Shown here piece by piece: positions 8,741-17,994 of a DNA stretch of 64,000 nt. This DNA comes from Candidatus Poribacteria bacterium (GTDB taxonomy: Bacteria > Poribacteria > WGA-4E > PCPOR2b), in assembly GCA_965116925.1 (NCBI GenBank), contig OZ220744.1, positions 4,032,001 through 4,096,000 of the forward strand. Reading direction: 5' to 3'. Numbering within the stretch: the first letter of the stretch is position 1; each line of letters begins with the position of its first letter. The position numbers and the translations under genes were made by a program. The notes beneath the pieces were generated by a model, which was not told the origin of the DNA, did no database searches, and saw only the letters and a program-made list of their open reading frames with translations.

Positions 8741-9925
8741 TTACTCTCTGTTCCCAAGTACAACTTCACGCAGAAGAAATTGTCCATCTCGGTAAATTTT
8801 AACCGTAATGCGGGTATCAGGTGGGAAGCTAGCGACCCGTTTTTTGAATTCAAGGAATGTACGGACAGGTTGCCCTTCAAATTCAACAATAACATCTTGA
8901 TGTTTGATGCCGGACTTCTCAGCGGGGCTTCCTTTTGAAACTTTTGTGACGCGGACACCAACAGCAGTAGTTCGCTCGTGTTCCTGTTCAAGCCAAACCC
9001 CAAGCCAACCGCGAGGAACGCTACCGTATTGAGTCAGTTGTTCGGCGATGTGTTTCACTGTATTAATCGGAATAGCAAAGCCAACCTCGCTTCTCGTCCA
9101 AGTCCGTCCGAAGGGGTTGGTATTCAGCATGGCGGTTTGCTTCTGGAACAATTCTGGAGTCGGCGAATTGAGCCAATGTGATATCTGCTTGAGATACGGA
9201 TCTTCCATCTTTGCCGCAATGACCCCAACAATTTCCCCTGATGTATTAACAACAGCTCCTCCACTGTTCCCTGGATTCACAGAGGCATTGACCTTGATTG
9301 CATCGTAAAATGGCCGATCGGGTAAAATCTCTAAGCCGCTGACCGTTCCAAAAGAGAGGGTTGGAGAATGCCCATAAGAGCTACCGACCGTGATGACCCA
9401 TGATCCCATATCAATCTGATCGGAATCGCCAATTCTTGTCTGAGGGAGGTTGTCGTTCTCAACAGAGAGAACGGCGATATCTGTTAGGGCATCAATACCC
9501 AGTAGTGTTCCCGAGGTGCGTTGTCCATCTGCAAATACAACTTCAATCTCAGTCGCATTTTCAACCACGCCCGCGGTTGTTACGATGTGGCCAGCGGCGT
9601 TAATGATAATGCCGGATCCGATGTTCTCGTAAGAGAGCGCGGTCATCGGATTATCAGTTAATAATGTTCCCGGTGCCCCCGAAATCGTTTGCGGGGTGCC
9701 CTTGCATGTCGCCACAACCTCAACGACAGATGGTTGCACAGATTTTACTATCGCTTGAAATTCACGCTCCATGGATTGCAGCACACTTTCTTCGGCAACC
9801 GCAGACCAGAGACAAGCTGAAAACAGCGCAATAGCGAGAGCAACTGACTTATGATACAGACGAATTGAGCAGAGCTTAATAGGTGCATTGCGTCTCTTAT
9901 TCTGTGTCTGAACTGTTTTATACAT
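8741..9925 (-). CDS. HtrA/DegP-like trypsin domain plus PDZ protein (catalytic His apparently replaced)
   Basis: GSGIII, TDIAVL, VNPGNSGG motifs, RGWLGV PDZ start; follows sigma/anti-sigma genes. Confidence 0.9.
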   Translation of the reverse strand: MYKTVQTQNKRRNAPIKLCSIRLYHKSVALAIALFSACLWSAVAEESVLQSMEREFQAIVKSVQPSVVEVVATCKGTPQTISGAPGTLLTDNPMTALSYENIGSGIIINAAGHIVTTAGVVENATEIEVVFADGQRTSGTLLGIDALTDIAVLSVENDNLPQTRIGDSDQIDMGSWVITVGSSYGHSPTLSFGTVSGLEILPDRPFYDAIKVNASVNPGNSGGAVVNTSGEIVGVIAAKMEDPYLKQISHWLNSPTPELFQKQTAMLNTNPFGRTWTRSEVGFAIPINTVKHIAEQLTQYGSVPRGWLGVWLEQEHERTTAVGVRVTKVSKGSPAEKSGIKHQDVIVEFEGQPVRTFLEFKKRVASFPPDTRITVKIYRDGQFLLREVVLGNRE

Positions 9926-9926
9926 T

Positions 9927-10628
9927 TTACAAGCCTCCCCCTGTAGGAGCTTCTGTGTGTTTAATGGTCCGCAAAATATAGTTCTGTTCTAAACGCTGCG
10001 GTTGTTGGTCTTTACGCTCCGGCTGCGGGTCAAACACTGGGAGTTGCGACTGTTGGCTTCCACGCAGCTGTTGTAGATTAGACATCGGGGATTGTGGTTG
10101 TTGGCTTTTGCGTACCGGTTGTAGATCAAGCACCGAGGATTCTGGAAAATTGACTAAAGATTGTAGTTCTTGACTAGGGACGGCTAAAGGAAATTGCTGC
10201 TCATCCCCACGCTCTTCAGCAAGTGGTGTATGCTTTGAAGTCTCTGGATCTACAGCAATCTCGACCGACGGGGGTTTAGTCACGGTTTGTCGATAAAAAT
10301 AAAAACCTGCGACCATCACAAGCAGCACCGCAATGGCACCCAACACTAGACGAGTTTGACCCTGCAAGGGCTGGAATATGCGTTGCCAGAACGGAATTGA
10401 TTCGACTTGGGTATCCGCGAGGCGGGCTTGCAAGGCAACATCGAATTCGGTTGATGGCTCAATCTGCGGCAACTGATGCAGCAGATCCAATGACTCACGG
10501 AATAGCGTAAACTCTCGACGACACGACTCGCAGGCACTCATATGGGCTTCAAAAGCCCTAACCGCCTGATAGTCTAGTTCATCTTCTAGGTACGCAGAAA
10601 ATTGTTCTTCAGCTTTTAAGCAGTTCAT
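9927..10628 (-). CDS. zf-HC2 anti-sigma factor with a single TM helix
   Basis: SAYLEDEL...HMSACESC zinc motif, TM segment, overlaps the sigma stop codon. Confidence 0.9.
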   Translation of the reverse strand: MNCLKAEEQFSAYLEDELDYQAVRAFEAHMSACESCRREFTLFRESLDLLHQLPQIEPSTEFDVALQARLADTQVESIPFWQRIFQPLQGQTRLVLGAIAVLLVMVAGFYFYRQTVTKPPSVEIAVDPETSKHTPLAEERGDEQQFPLAVPSQELQSLVNFPESSVLDLQPVRKSQQPQSPMSNLQQLRGSQQSQLPVFDPQPERKDQQPQRLEQNYILRTIKHTEAPTGGGL

Positions 10629-11227
10629 GATGACTCCACAAAACTTCTTAATTTATCTTTTAACATAAGCCGCGCACGGTTGATACGCGATTTTGTCGTT
10701 CCGAGCGGAAGGTTTAGCGTTTGGCTGATTTCCTCATAGCTCAATTCTTGCAGGTCCCGGAGAATCAATGGCAGCCGATACCGTTCAGGGAGTTCTGAAA
10801 TTGCACTTTGCACAGCGTGTTCGCGTTCTTTCTGTTCAAGTTGGTTCCCGGGTTGTAGGGAGACATGTGCAGGAGCAGTTGCGATCAGATCTTCTTCGAT
10901 CGGTTTTGGCGAGGAGGATTCGGTAGTTACACTGTCGACGAAGAAGCGATTCCGTCGCCCCCGATTTCGTAGCTCATTCTTGCACAGATTGGAGGCAATG
11001 TGATACATCCAGGTGCTAAACTTTGCAGCTCCCGATTTGTATCGTTTGATTGCTTTGAACATACGAACAAATGTCTCCTGTGCCAAGTCCTCAGCGGAGT
11101 CCTGATCACCTAGGAACCGAGCGATAAAATTCACCAGAGGGACCTGATTTCGGCGCACGATCAGATCAAACGCCTCTATATCCCCTTGTTGACACTGTTT
11201 CATCAATTCATCGTCCAGATCTGGCAT
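10625..11227 (-). CDS. ECF sigma-70 factor (RpoE/SigW-like)
   Basis: AEDLAQETF, FSTWMYHIASN, LSYEEISQTLNLPLGTTKSRINRAR. Confidence 0.95.
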   Translation of the reverse strand: MPDLDDELMKQCQQGDIEAFDLIVRRNQVPLVNFIARFLGDQDSAEDLAQETFVRMFKAIKRYKSGAAKFSTWMYHIASNLCKNELRNRGRRNRFFVDSVTTESSSPKPIEEDLIATAPAHVSLQPGNQLEQKEREHAVQSAISELPERYRLPLILRDLQELSYEEISQTLNLPLGTTKSRINRARLMLKDKLRSFVESS

Positions 11228-11391
11228 AATCGATCCTCCGCGGGTGCTTGATTAGAAACACACCAATCTACCCAAGAAGTTGCAATGTTCATCTAAAAAA
11301 ACGGATTTTCTATCATACGGTTATGTTTTGCACACCACGCAGTTGAATAGGTCGTCGTTTACAGATAGGAATCCCTAAAAGGAAATTTTTG

Positions 11392-11420
11392 TTGACGTAA
11401 GATAAAAAAAACTGTAAAAT
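11392..11420 (+). promoter_or_regulatory. sigma70 promoter for the 11535 operon
   Basis: TTGACG-17 nt-TAAAAT. Confidence 0.65.
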
Positions 11421-11534
11421 GAGTTTCGCTGATAGATATTTTAGCGACATAGTTAAGCTGGTGCAAGTTCCTATCTATATCGAACTAAGCCGCTAAATAG
11501 ATTCGCCTCAAACGATTATAGCAAGGAGCGTACA

Positions 11535-12566
11535 ATGCGATCAACAAAAATTTTGAACCTAATGCTGGTTTTAATGATGTCTGGGCTGTTAATACTCCCC
11601 TCCGCTTATGGAGATGGGAAATGGACGATTCTGCGGAATGATGATTTCGTGCGTAACGATGGTGTGTGGGGACATCTTCAGGATGTGGAGTTTATCGATG
11701 GAATGAATGGTTGGGCTGTGGGGTCTGACGGGTTGATTGTACAGACAACCGATGGTGGAAAGACTTGGACACAGATAATAGTCGAGCAGATAGCCGAGAT
11801 GGAACGCCAAGTTTATTTCTGGAATGTTTATTTCCGTGACAAAAATGTCGGTTTTATCACGGGGACGAGGGGTACTATCCTCAAGACAACTGATGGCGGC
11901 CAAACTTGGGAACTTAAAGAGGCAATTAATGAAAGTCGCCTAGATCGGGAGGGGAATCCCGCAGTTCTGCGTCGCCGTCTGATAGACGCTTGGATGGTGG
12001 ATGGCCAAACTGGATTTATGGTTGGAGAAAACGACACCTTCATTAAAACCACCGATGGCGGTGAAAGCTGGACTGGCACAGGTAAGCGTGTGGCTGTTGG
12101 GAATACGCGCAATAATTTTGAAAGGATCCATTTTGCTTCGCCCACAATCGGTTGGATAGTCGGTTCTTTTGGAACGATTCTGAGGACCACCGATGGTGGC
12201 GAAACGTGGGAAAACCAGGACGCTGGCGTTGACAATAATCTGAAAGGCGTCGATTTTGTCGATGAAAACACAGGCTGGATTTCGGGGCAAGAAGGTGTGA
12301 TTCTCCATACCCAAGATGGAGGGGTCACATGGACAAAGCAGGAGACGCAGTCTTACGATAGTTTGTATGATGTCGTCTTCGTTGATTCGCAAACAGGTTG
12401 GGCTGTTGGTGATTTTGGTGCCATCTTGCACACTACTGATGGTGGGCAAACATGGACACGTGAAAACGCCGGCAATCTCCCAACGTTATACGCGATTGAT
12501 GCGATAGATACAGGACAGCGATGGGGAGTTGGCGAAGGGGGAATAATCATAGGAGTTGGGCAGTAA
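11535..12566 (+). CDS. Secreted YCF48/BNR Asp-box repeat beta-propeller protein
   Basis: Repeated GWAVG..G.IL.TTDGG.TW motifs; signal peptide. Confidence 0.9.
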   Translation: MRSTKILNLMLVLMMSGLLILPSAYGDGKWTILRNDDFVRNDGVWGHLQDVEFIDGMNGWAVGSDGLIVQTTDGGKTWTQIIVEQIAEMERQVYFWNVYFRDKNVGFITGTRGTILKTTDGGQTWELKEAINESRLDREGNPAVLRRRLIDAWMVDGQTGFMVGENDTFIKTTDGGESWTGTGKRVAVGNTRNNFERIHFASPTIGWIVGSFGTILRTTDGGETWENQDAGVDNNLKGVDFVDENTGWISGQEGVILHTQDGGVTWTKQETQSYDSLYDVVFVDSQTGWAVGDFGAILHTTDGGQTWTRENAGNLPTLYAIDAIDTGQRWGVGEGGIIIGVGQ

Positions 12567-12612
12567 TTTCCCGCTGATAGCGAATAACACCATTTTCAGG
12601 TTGAGGTGCTGA

Positions 12613-14010
12613 ATGGCAGACCTCAAGAATATCGACGAGCATTTTGTCCAAACTGTGTGGGACGAGCAGCGGTTCATCGACTTTGATCTCAGGTCCACAG
12701 ATGGGCGTCCAATTCAGGTGCTCAAACCGGGCTTTTGGAATGGCGATGCAGGACCCGATTTTGTGCATGCGGAGCTCTTGATTGATGGGGATCTATATGC
12801 CGGTGATGTGGAGATCCACATCAATTCGTCTGGCTGGTATAATCACAAGCACCATCTCGATCCGAGGTACAACCGTGTCATCTTGCATGTCGTCTACTTG
12901 AACGATGATATCAACCTCAGGACACGGCTTCAGAACGGCAAGCGGATTCCGACGCTCGAAATCCTGAATCGACTTGACGCCCCGATTGGTGACCTGTTCG
13001 ACGAGAGAAGGGAAAGTCAAGAGACATCTGCCAACGCGTGCCGGGTGACAGGCAAAACGCTCAAAATAGAGTATGTGCAATCCCTCTTCGACGAACTGGG
13101 GCAAGAGCGGCTCCTGGAAAAAGCTGATGTGATGCGAGGCGTGTCGGTTCGAGTTGATTTTGAACAGTTATTGTACGAAGGCATCATGGAGGCGTTGGGC
13201 TATACAAAGAACCGCAAATCCTTCCGGGAATTGGCGCAACGGGTGCCGCTTTCGGAACTCCTTGGCAAATCCGATGAATCAATTCAGGCAATTCTGTTTG
13301 GCGTGGCAGGATTGCTGCCTTCACAATCTCAGCAGGAAACCGAATGGGACGAAGAGGACAAGAGGTTTATCGAACGGTTAGAATCAATTTGGGAATCCGC
13401 TGAACAGTACAAAGGCTCCACACGTATGACAGCAGAACAGTGGCATTTTGCCAAGATGCGCCCAGCCAATTACCCCTCCCGCCGCATTCCAGCCATCGCC
13501 CAAATCATTAGTCGTTGTCAGGATACTCTGATGATGGATTTTCTGCCACTAATTGAGGGTGCAGCAACAGCGAATCAGAGAGCTTTGACGGGTATTCAAC
13601 GCCGCTTGCGAGAGAGATTGACGCCTGCTTCCTCCGGTTACTGGGAAGCCCATTCCCATTTCGGAAAAGGTATCCCGCAACGCGGTGCTGCACTCATTGG
13701 GAAGGATCGTGCCGCTGACATTATTGTCAACAAGTTGTTGCCGATTACGTTATTATGGGCTGAACAGTCCCGAAGTCCAACGCTAGCAGAAGCGGTGCAG
13801 CGACTGTATAATAGCTATCCAAAACTACAAGAGAATCGTATCACTCAACAGATCGAGGCACAAATTTTCAGCCAAGAACAACCGATTAAACTTATCTCTC
13901 CTTCTGCAAAGAAACAGCAGGGCGCGATCTATCTCTACAATAACTTCTGTAGCAGCCGTCTCTGCGATCTCTGCCCTATCATTGAAGGAGGCGGAATAAT
14001 TAAAAACTAA
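12613..14010 (+). CDS. DUF2851 family protein
   Basis: PG.WN.DAGPDF, GDVEIH, HHLDPRYNRVILHVV, RPANYPSRR motifs; C-terminal C...C..C. Confidence 0.85.
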   Translation: MADLKNIDEHFVQTVWDEQRFIDFDLRSTDGRPIQVLKPGFWNGDAGPDFVHAELLIDGDLYAGDVEIHINSSGWYNHKHHLDPRYNRVILHVVYLNDDINLRTRLQNGKRIPTLEILNRLDAPIGDLFDERRESQETSANACRVTGKTLKIEYVQSLFDELGQERLLEKADVMRGVSVRVDFEQLLYEGIMEALGYTKNRKSFRELAQRVPLSELLGKSDESIQAILFGVAGLLPSQSQQETEWDEEDKRFIERLESIWESAEQYKGSTRMTAEQWHFAKMRPANYPSRRIPAIAQIISRCQDTLMMDFLPLIEGAATANQRALTGIQRRLRERLTPASSGYWEAHSHFGKGIPQRGAALIGKDRAADIIVNKLLPITLLWAEQSRSPTLAEAVQRLYNSYPKLQENRITQQIEAQIFSQEQPIKLISPSAKKQQGAIYLYNNFCSSRLCDLCPIIEGGGIIKN

Positions 14011-14037
14011 TGTACCAGCGTTTAGATGGAGGTTATT

Positions 14038-14487
14038 ATGAAATTGGGGTTTCTCTCAAAGATTTTTGAAGGTGCTCTCAGTATTGAAAGAACCTACAAC
14101 GATTGCGATAAGGCATTAAATAGATTGGGTGCGTACAATGAGCGGATTGAGGAAATGCAAAAGAACGGCGAGGATGTCAGTCGTTTTCCCGCCGAAGAGA
14201 AAGCGGAGCTCGATAAAATTGTAAACAACGCTATCCAAGGAGCGACGCGCCTGATCGATCTGGAGCCGACACGGAACTGGCCTGGCGTTTTCAGGGAGAT
14301 GCACAAAAACTTAGCGAATATCTACTACGAGCTGCATGACTATGACAGGGTTCATGAAGAGTGTGATAAGCTAAAGGCGGACTACGGCGAAACTGGCCGC
14401 CAGGACGCAGAGGAGGTCCTGGAGAAACTTGCGGATAAAGAGAACGGTAAGACCGATTCCCCTGAGGAGGCACCCGCGACAATGTAA
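14038..14487 (+). CDS. Helical hypothetical protein with one TPR-like motif
   Basis: GGAGG RBS before ATG 14038; MHKNLANIYYELHDYDR. Confidence 0.65.
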   Translation: MKLGFLSKIFEGALSIERTYNDCDKALNRLGAYNERIEEMQKNGEDVSRFPAEEKAELDKIVNNAIQGATRLIDLEPTRNWPGVFREMHKNLANIYYELHDYDRVHEECDKLKADYGETGRQDAEEVLEKLADKENGKTDSPEEAPATM

Positions 14488-14489
14488 CG

Positions 14490-16397
14490 ATGCACTTCTT
14501 GAACCCTTCCGCTTTTTACCTTTTAGCGTTCCTTCCAATCGTGATAGTGCTGCATTTCCTCAAACTGCGTCGCCAACGCTATGTCGTTCCCAGCGTGATG
14601 CTTTGGCTTGAAGCGATTGAGGATATGAAAGCCAACGTTCCCTTCCAGCGCCTGCGAAACTCACTTTTGCTCCCATTTCAGATCCTGTTTTTGCTGGTTG
14701 TGGTGGGCGGCGTTGCCCGTCCAGCATTGCGTCAACTCGGCGGCTTGCACGAGCAGTCGATTGTCATTATTGATACGTCGGCAAGTATGGGAGCAACGGA
14801 TCTTAGGAAAACCCGTCTTGATGTGGCAAAAGCGGAGGTCCTAAAACTGATTAATCAGCTTGGAGCAAATGGGCAGATGATGATTATGGATACATCTCGC
14901 CCACCGTATAATATCCGTCAGGCGTTTACATCGGATACAGAAAAATTGCGTCAGGCGATTGAAAATCTGTCCGTGGTGGACACTCCTCCAACGCTCAAAG
15001 CGGTATTCGATTCCGTCACTGTTTATGCAAGTGTGCCGGGGGCGCAGGCTGTGCAGAATCCCGATGCAGTCGGCGTTATCTTTATCAGCGACAATTTTGG
15101 GATGCTCTCCAATGCCGCAAGTCCAATTCAACTTAAAAAAATCGGTGTGGGAAACCGAAGTGAAAACGTTGGAATCGTCCAGCTTAGTGTTACCCGTGCA
15201 CTAACCCCACCGAATCGCTACCAAGTGCTCGTTGGTGTGCAAAGTTTTGCAGATACCCCCAAGGACTTTCAGGTACAGTTGGGAATTGAAGGGAAGTCGT
15301 TTTTTGAAGACAAAAACGTAGTCCTACCACCGAAAGAGACAACATCAGTCCTATTTTCTCTTGAGGATGACGAAAGGTTTTATGGACAAGTCGTCACTAC
15401 CCGCCTTGATATTGATGATGACCTCTCTGTTGATAACATTGCTGCGGCGATTTTGCAGCCACCACCGAAATGGAAGGTTTTACTCGTCAGCGATCGAAAT
15501 CAACTGCCACTGAGTGCGATTCTCAAAACGGATCCGCATGTTATCCTCAATCAGGTTCAGACAGCCGATTATCATGGCACAGGAGGGAACGATATCCTTA
15601 TCTTTGATCAGTTTGTCCCGGATCCGGTCCCCGAAGGGAATATTGTTTTCCTGAACCCGATCGATGGGCTTCCTTTTATGCCCACGCAAGAGAACAGTCA
15701 GCCGACTCAGATCATCGGTCAGCACCCCACACATGAGGTGATGCGCGATGTCTCGTTGATCGATTTGGCGGTCAAAGCATCGCTACAGGTCCAATTGCCA
15801 CTGTGGGGCATTCCACTTATTGAAACAAACCGGACACCGCTGATTTGGCTCGGAGAGCAGGACGATCAAAAAGTGGCTGTTTTTGCGTTTGATCCGTTTG
15901 ATCTGGACGTTTCAAACTTTGCGACATCTATACCATCTGCACCTATTCTGATGTCTCAGTGTTTGGAGTGGCTGGGGGCAGCGACCTCCCCAATCCAACC
16001 CGACCTTGTTAAAACGGGTGAGCCTGTAAGAATCCACCTTGAGCATATCGGTGAGGTTGAGCGGATAGCTGTTCAAATGCCTAACGGCGATATACAAGAG
16101 CTACAGATGCGGGATTCCCGAATCGTTTTTACAGATACAACGCAGGTTGGCGTTTACACTGTATTTGTTGATGGCGAACCGTTTGGCAGATTTGCAGTCA
16201 ATCTGCTTAACCCACAGGAATCAGACCTTTCGCCGCCCCAATTAACGGATGCCCCCAATGCGGGTAGTGGTACTGAACGGATACAATCTAATTTGCCAGA
16301 AGTGAATAGAGAGATCTGGGGGTACGCAGCCTTTCTCGCGCTATTGCTGCTGATTGTGGAATGGTGGGTCTACCATCAGAATCGCCGTTTTAGATAA
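14490..16397 (+). CDS. BatA-type N-terminal plus VWA domain membrane protein
   Basis: MHFLNP..FYLL BatA motif; MIDAS DTSASM; C-terminal LLLLIVEWW. Confidence 0.9.
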   Translation: MHFLNPSAFYLLAFLPIVIVLHFLKLRRQRYVVPSVMLWLEAIEDMKANVPFQRLRNSLLLPFQILFLLVVVGGVARPALRQLGGLHEQSIVIIDTSASMGATDLRKTRLDVAKAEVLKLINQLGANGQMMIMDTSRPPYNIRQAFTSDTEKLRQAIENLSVVDTPPTLKAVFDSVTVYASVPGAQAVQNPDAVGVIFISDNFGMLSNAASPIQLKKIGVGNRSENVGIVQLSVTRALTPPNRYQVLVGVQSFADTPKDFQVQLGIEGKSFFEDKNVVLPPKETTSVLFSLEDDERFYGQVVTTRLDIDDDLSVDNIAAAILQPPPKWKVLLVSDRNQLPLSAILKTDPHVILNQVQTADYHGTGGNDILIFDQFVPDPVPEGNIVFLNPIDGLPFMPTQENSQPTQIIGQHPTHEVMRDVSLIDLAVKASLQVQLPLWGIPLIETNRTPLIWLGEQDDQKVAVFAFDPFDLDVSNFATSIPSAPILMSQCLEWLGAATSPIQPDLVKTGEPVRIHLEHIGEVERIAVQMPNGDIQELQMRDSRIVFTDTTQVGVYTVFVDGEPFGRFAVNLLNPQESDLSPPQLTDAPNAGSGTERIQSNLPEVNREIWGYAAFLALLLLIVEWWVYHQNRRFR

Positions 16398-16424
16398 CTA
16401 TAATGAACAGCGGTATCAGCAATA

Positions 16425-17216
16425 TTAGTTTATAGGCTCCACGTCAGCATAGATGTACGTGGGGGAAGGATTTCTCGCATGAATAGTGTCGTCGCTGTCG
16501 TCATCATCGGCGGAAACGATGTCTCTTTGGACGATACGACCGGGCTGCGCTTCTATGGACGATGTAAACATTGGTCCATCAGTGACACATGTGTGGAACT
16601 CACCGTTTTCGCCTAGCGGATCTACCTCTGCGGGGAGGTCGGCGAGAAATTGGCGATCGAACCATCTACCTGCGAATTCCGCTGGCAACTTGGTGGGATT
16701 GAGTGCGGTTACTATAGCACGCACTCCGGATACGATCATTTCTTGAGCGAGTGTGGGCGTGTCTTGTCCCCATATCGGAAAGAGCGGCGTAAAGCCAGTC
16801 CCCCTGAGTTTATCTTCGCGGTAACGGCGGATGTCCTCTAGGAATAGGTCTCCGAATGCGAAATGTGATACCGTCAGATGTTCGGGCAACGCACGCACAC
16901 GCTCTAAAAACTGTAGCATGGCGGCTTCGTATCGTGCGTTGGAACAGGGGTACGGTATCGGTATCTCATACAGCGGCACACCGAGCCTTTCGGATTGCAG
17001 TTTCAGGATCCAAGAGGGTGTGGAGTGGATGGAGACACGGTCAAAGGTTTGGGTCACGGTTGTGAAGATACCGCGTACATCGTAGTGTTCAGCCTGTTGG
17101 CGCAAGGTGTGAAATGTCCAAGCGGAGTCTTTGCCTGAAGACCAAGAGACTAGAACGGGAGTCGGAGCGGTAGGGTCAGCCGTAGCGTGTGTTGTTTGTT
17201 CTGTCATGATGGGCAA
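16425..17216 (-). CDS. Adenine nucleotide alpha hydrolase / diphthamide synthase-like (DUF71) PP-loop ATPase
   Basis: SWSSGKDS, AFGDLFLEDIRRYRE, DPLGENGEFHT. Confidence 0.9.
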   Translation of the reverse strand: MPIMTEQTTHATADPTAPTPVLVSWSSGKDSAWTFHTLRQQAEHYDVRGIFTTVTQTFDRVSIHSTPSWILKLQSERLGVPLYEIPIPYPCSNARYEAAMLQFLERVRALPEHLTVSHFAFGDLFLEDIRRYREDKLRGTGFTPLFPIWGQDTPTLAQEMIVSGVRAIVTALNPTKLPAEFAGRWFDRQFLADLPAEVDPLGENGEFHTCVTDGPMFTSSIEAQPGRIVQRDIVSADDDDSDDTIHARNPSPTYIYADVEPIN

Positions 17217-17306
17217 ATTGTAACGCAGATACTAACAGGTTCGCAAGGTTAAATTTTCGATTGTAGGGAACAACGATCGTTGTTCGTTGTCAAGGGTTCT
17301 CTATCT

Positions 17307-17954
17307 ATGAAACCAATAGCCTCTGATCGCGGCATTATCGTCGGTGTTACGGGGGGCATCGCCTGTGGCAAATCGACCGTATCCGAACTGCTCTCAAAAA
17401 AGGGCGCGATTCCGATTAACTCGGATGAGATTGGACATCAGCTGCTCAAACGTGGAAGTCCTGTCATGGAAGCCTTGATTGAGGCATTTGGGATTGACAT
17501 TCTTGACGAATACAGTGATGTCAGCCGTCCAAAGCTTGGCGCAATTGTCTTTAATGACAAAGCTGCTCGTGAGCGTTTGAACGCAATTATGCATCCGCCG
17601 ATTGTCCAGCAATCTCGTTCCGAAGCGAATCGGCTTGTTACCGAGGATGCAGATTGCATCGTCCTGATTGATGCGCCGTTGCTTATTGAGGCGAACTCAC
17701 AAGATACAGTAGATGTCATAGTCGTGGTCACGGCTTCCACGCAAACTCAACTTCAGCGTTTGTTGGAGCGCGCCATCGCGCAAAATCGCCCCCCAAGTCA
17801 CGCAGAAGCGCAGGCGCGGATTGATTCGCAGATGCCGTTATCCGAAAAGGTAAAGTACGCAGACTTCGTGATAGAAAATGATGGAACACTTGAGGAGTTA
17901 GAACGAAAGGTGGATGGGCTGTGGCATGAAATTCTCTGCCTGAAAACAAACTGA
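17307..17954 (+). CDS. coaE: Dephospho-CoA kinase
   Basis: GVTGGIACGKST P-loop, LNAIMHP, DAPLLIE, ARIDSQM, ADFVIENDG. Confidence 0.95.
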   Translation: MKPIASDRGIIVGVTGGIACGKSTVSELLSKKGAIPINSDEIGHQLLKRGSPVMEALIEAFGIDILDEYSDVSRPKLGAIVFNDKAARERLNAIMHPPIVQQSRSEANRLVTEDADCIVLIDAPLLIEANSQDTVDVIVVVTASTQTQLQRLLERAIAQNRPPSHAEAQARIDSQMPLSEKVKYADFVIENDGTLEELERKVDGLWHEILCLKTN

Positions 17955-17994
17955 TCCGAATCATCCTACATCTGTGTAACATAAGGAGACTATA

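Noticed and set aside
11252..11285. ECF autoregulatory promoter for the first sigma gene
   Set aside because: GCAAC -35-like box present but -10 spacing and sequence are ambiguous
16425..17216. PP-loop ATPase as part of the cobalamin cluster
   Set aside because: 8 kb from the riboswitch and separated by unrelated operons; no evidence of linkage here
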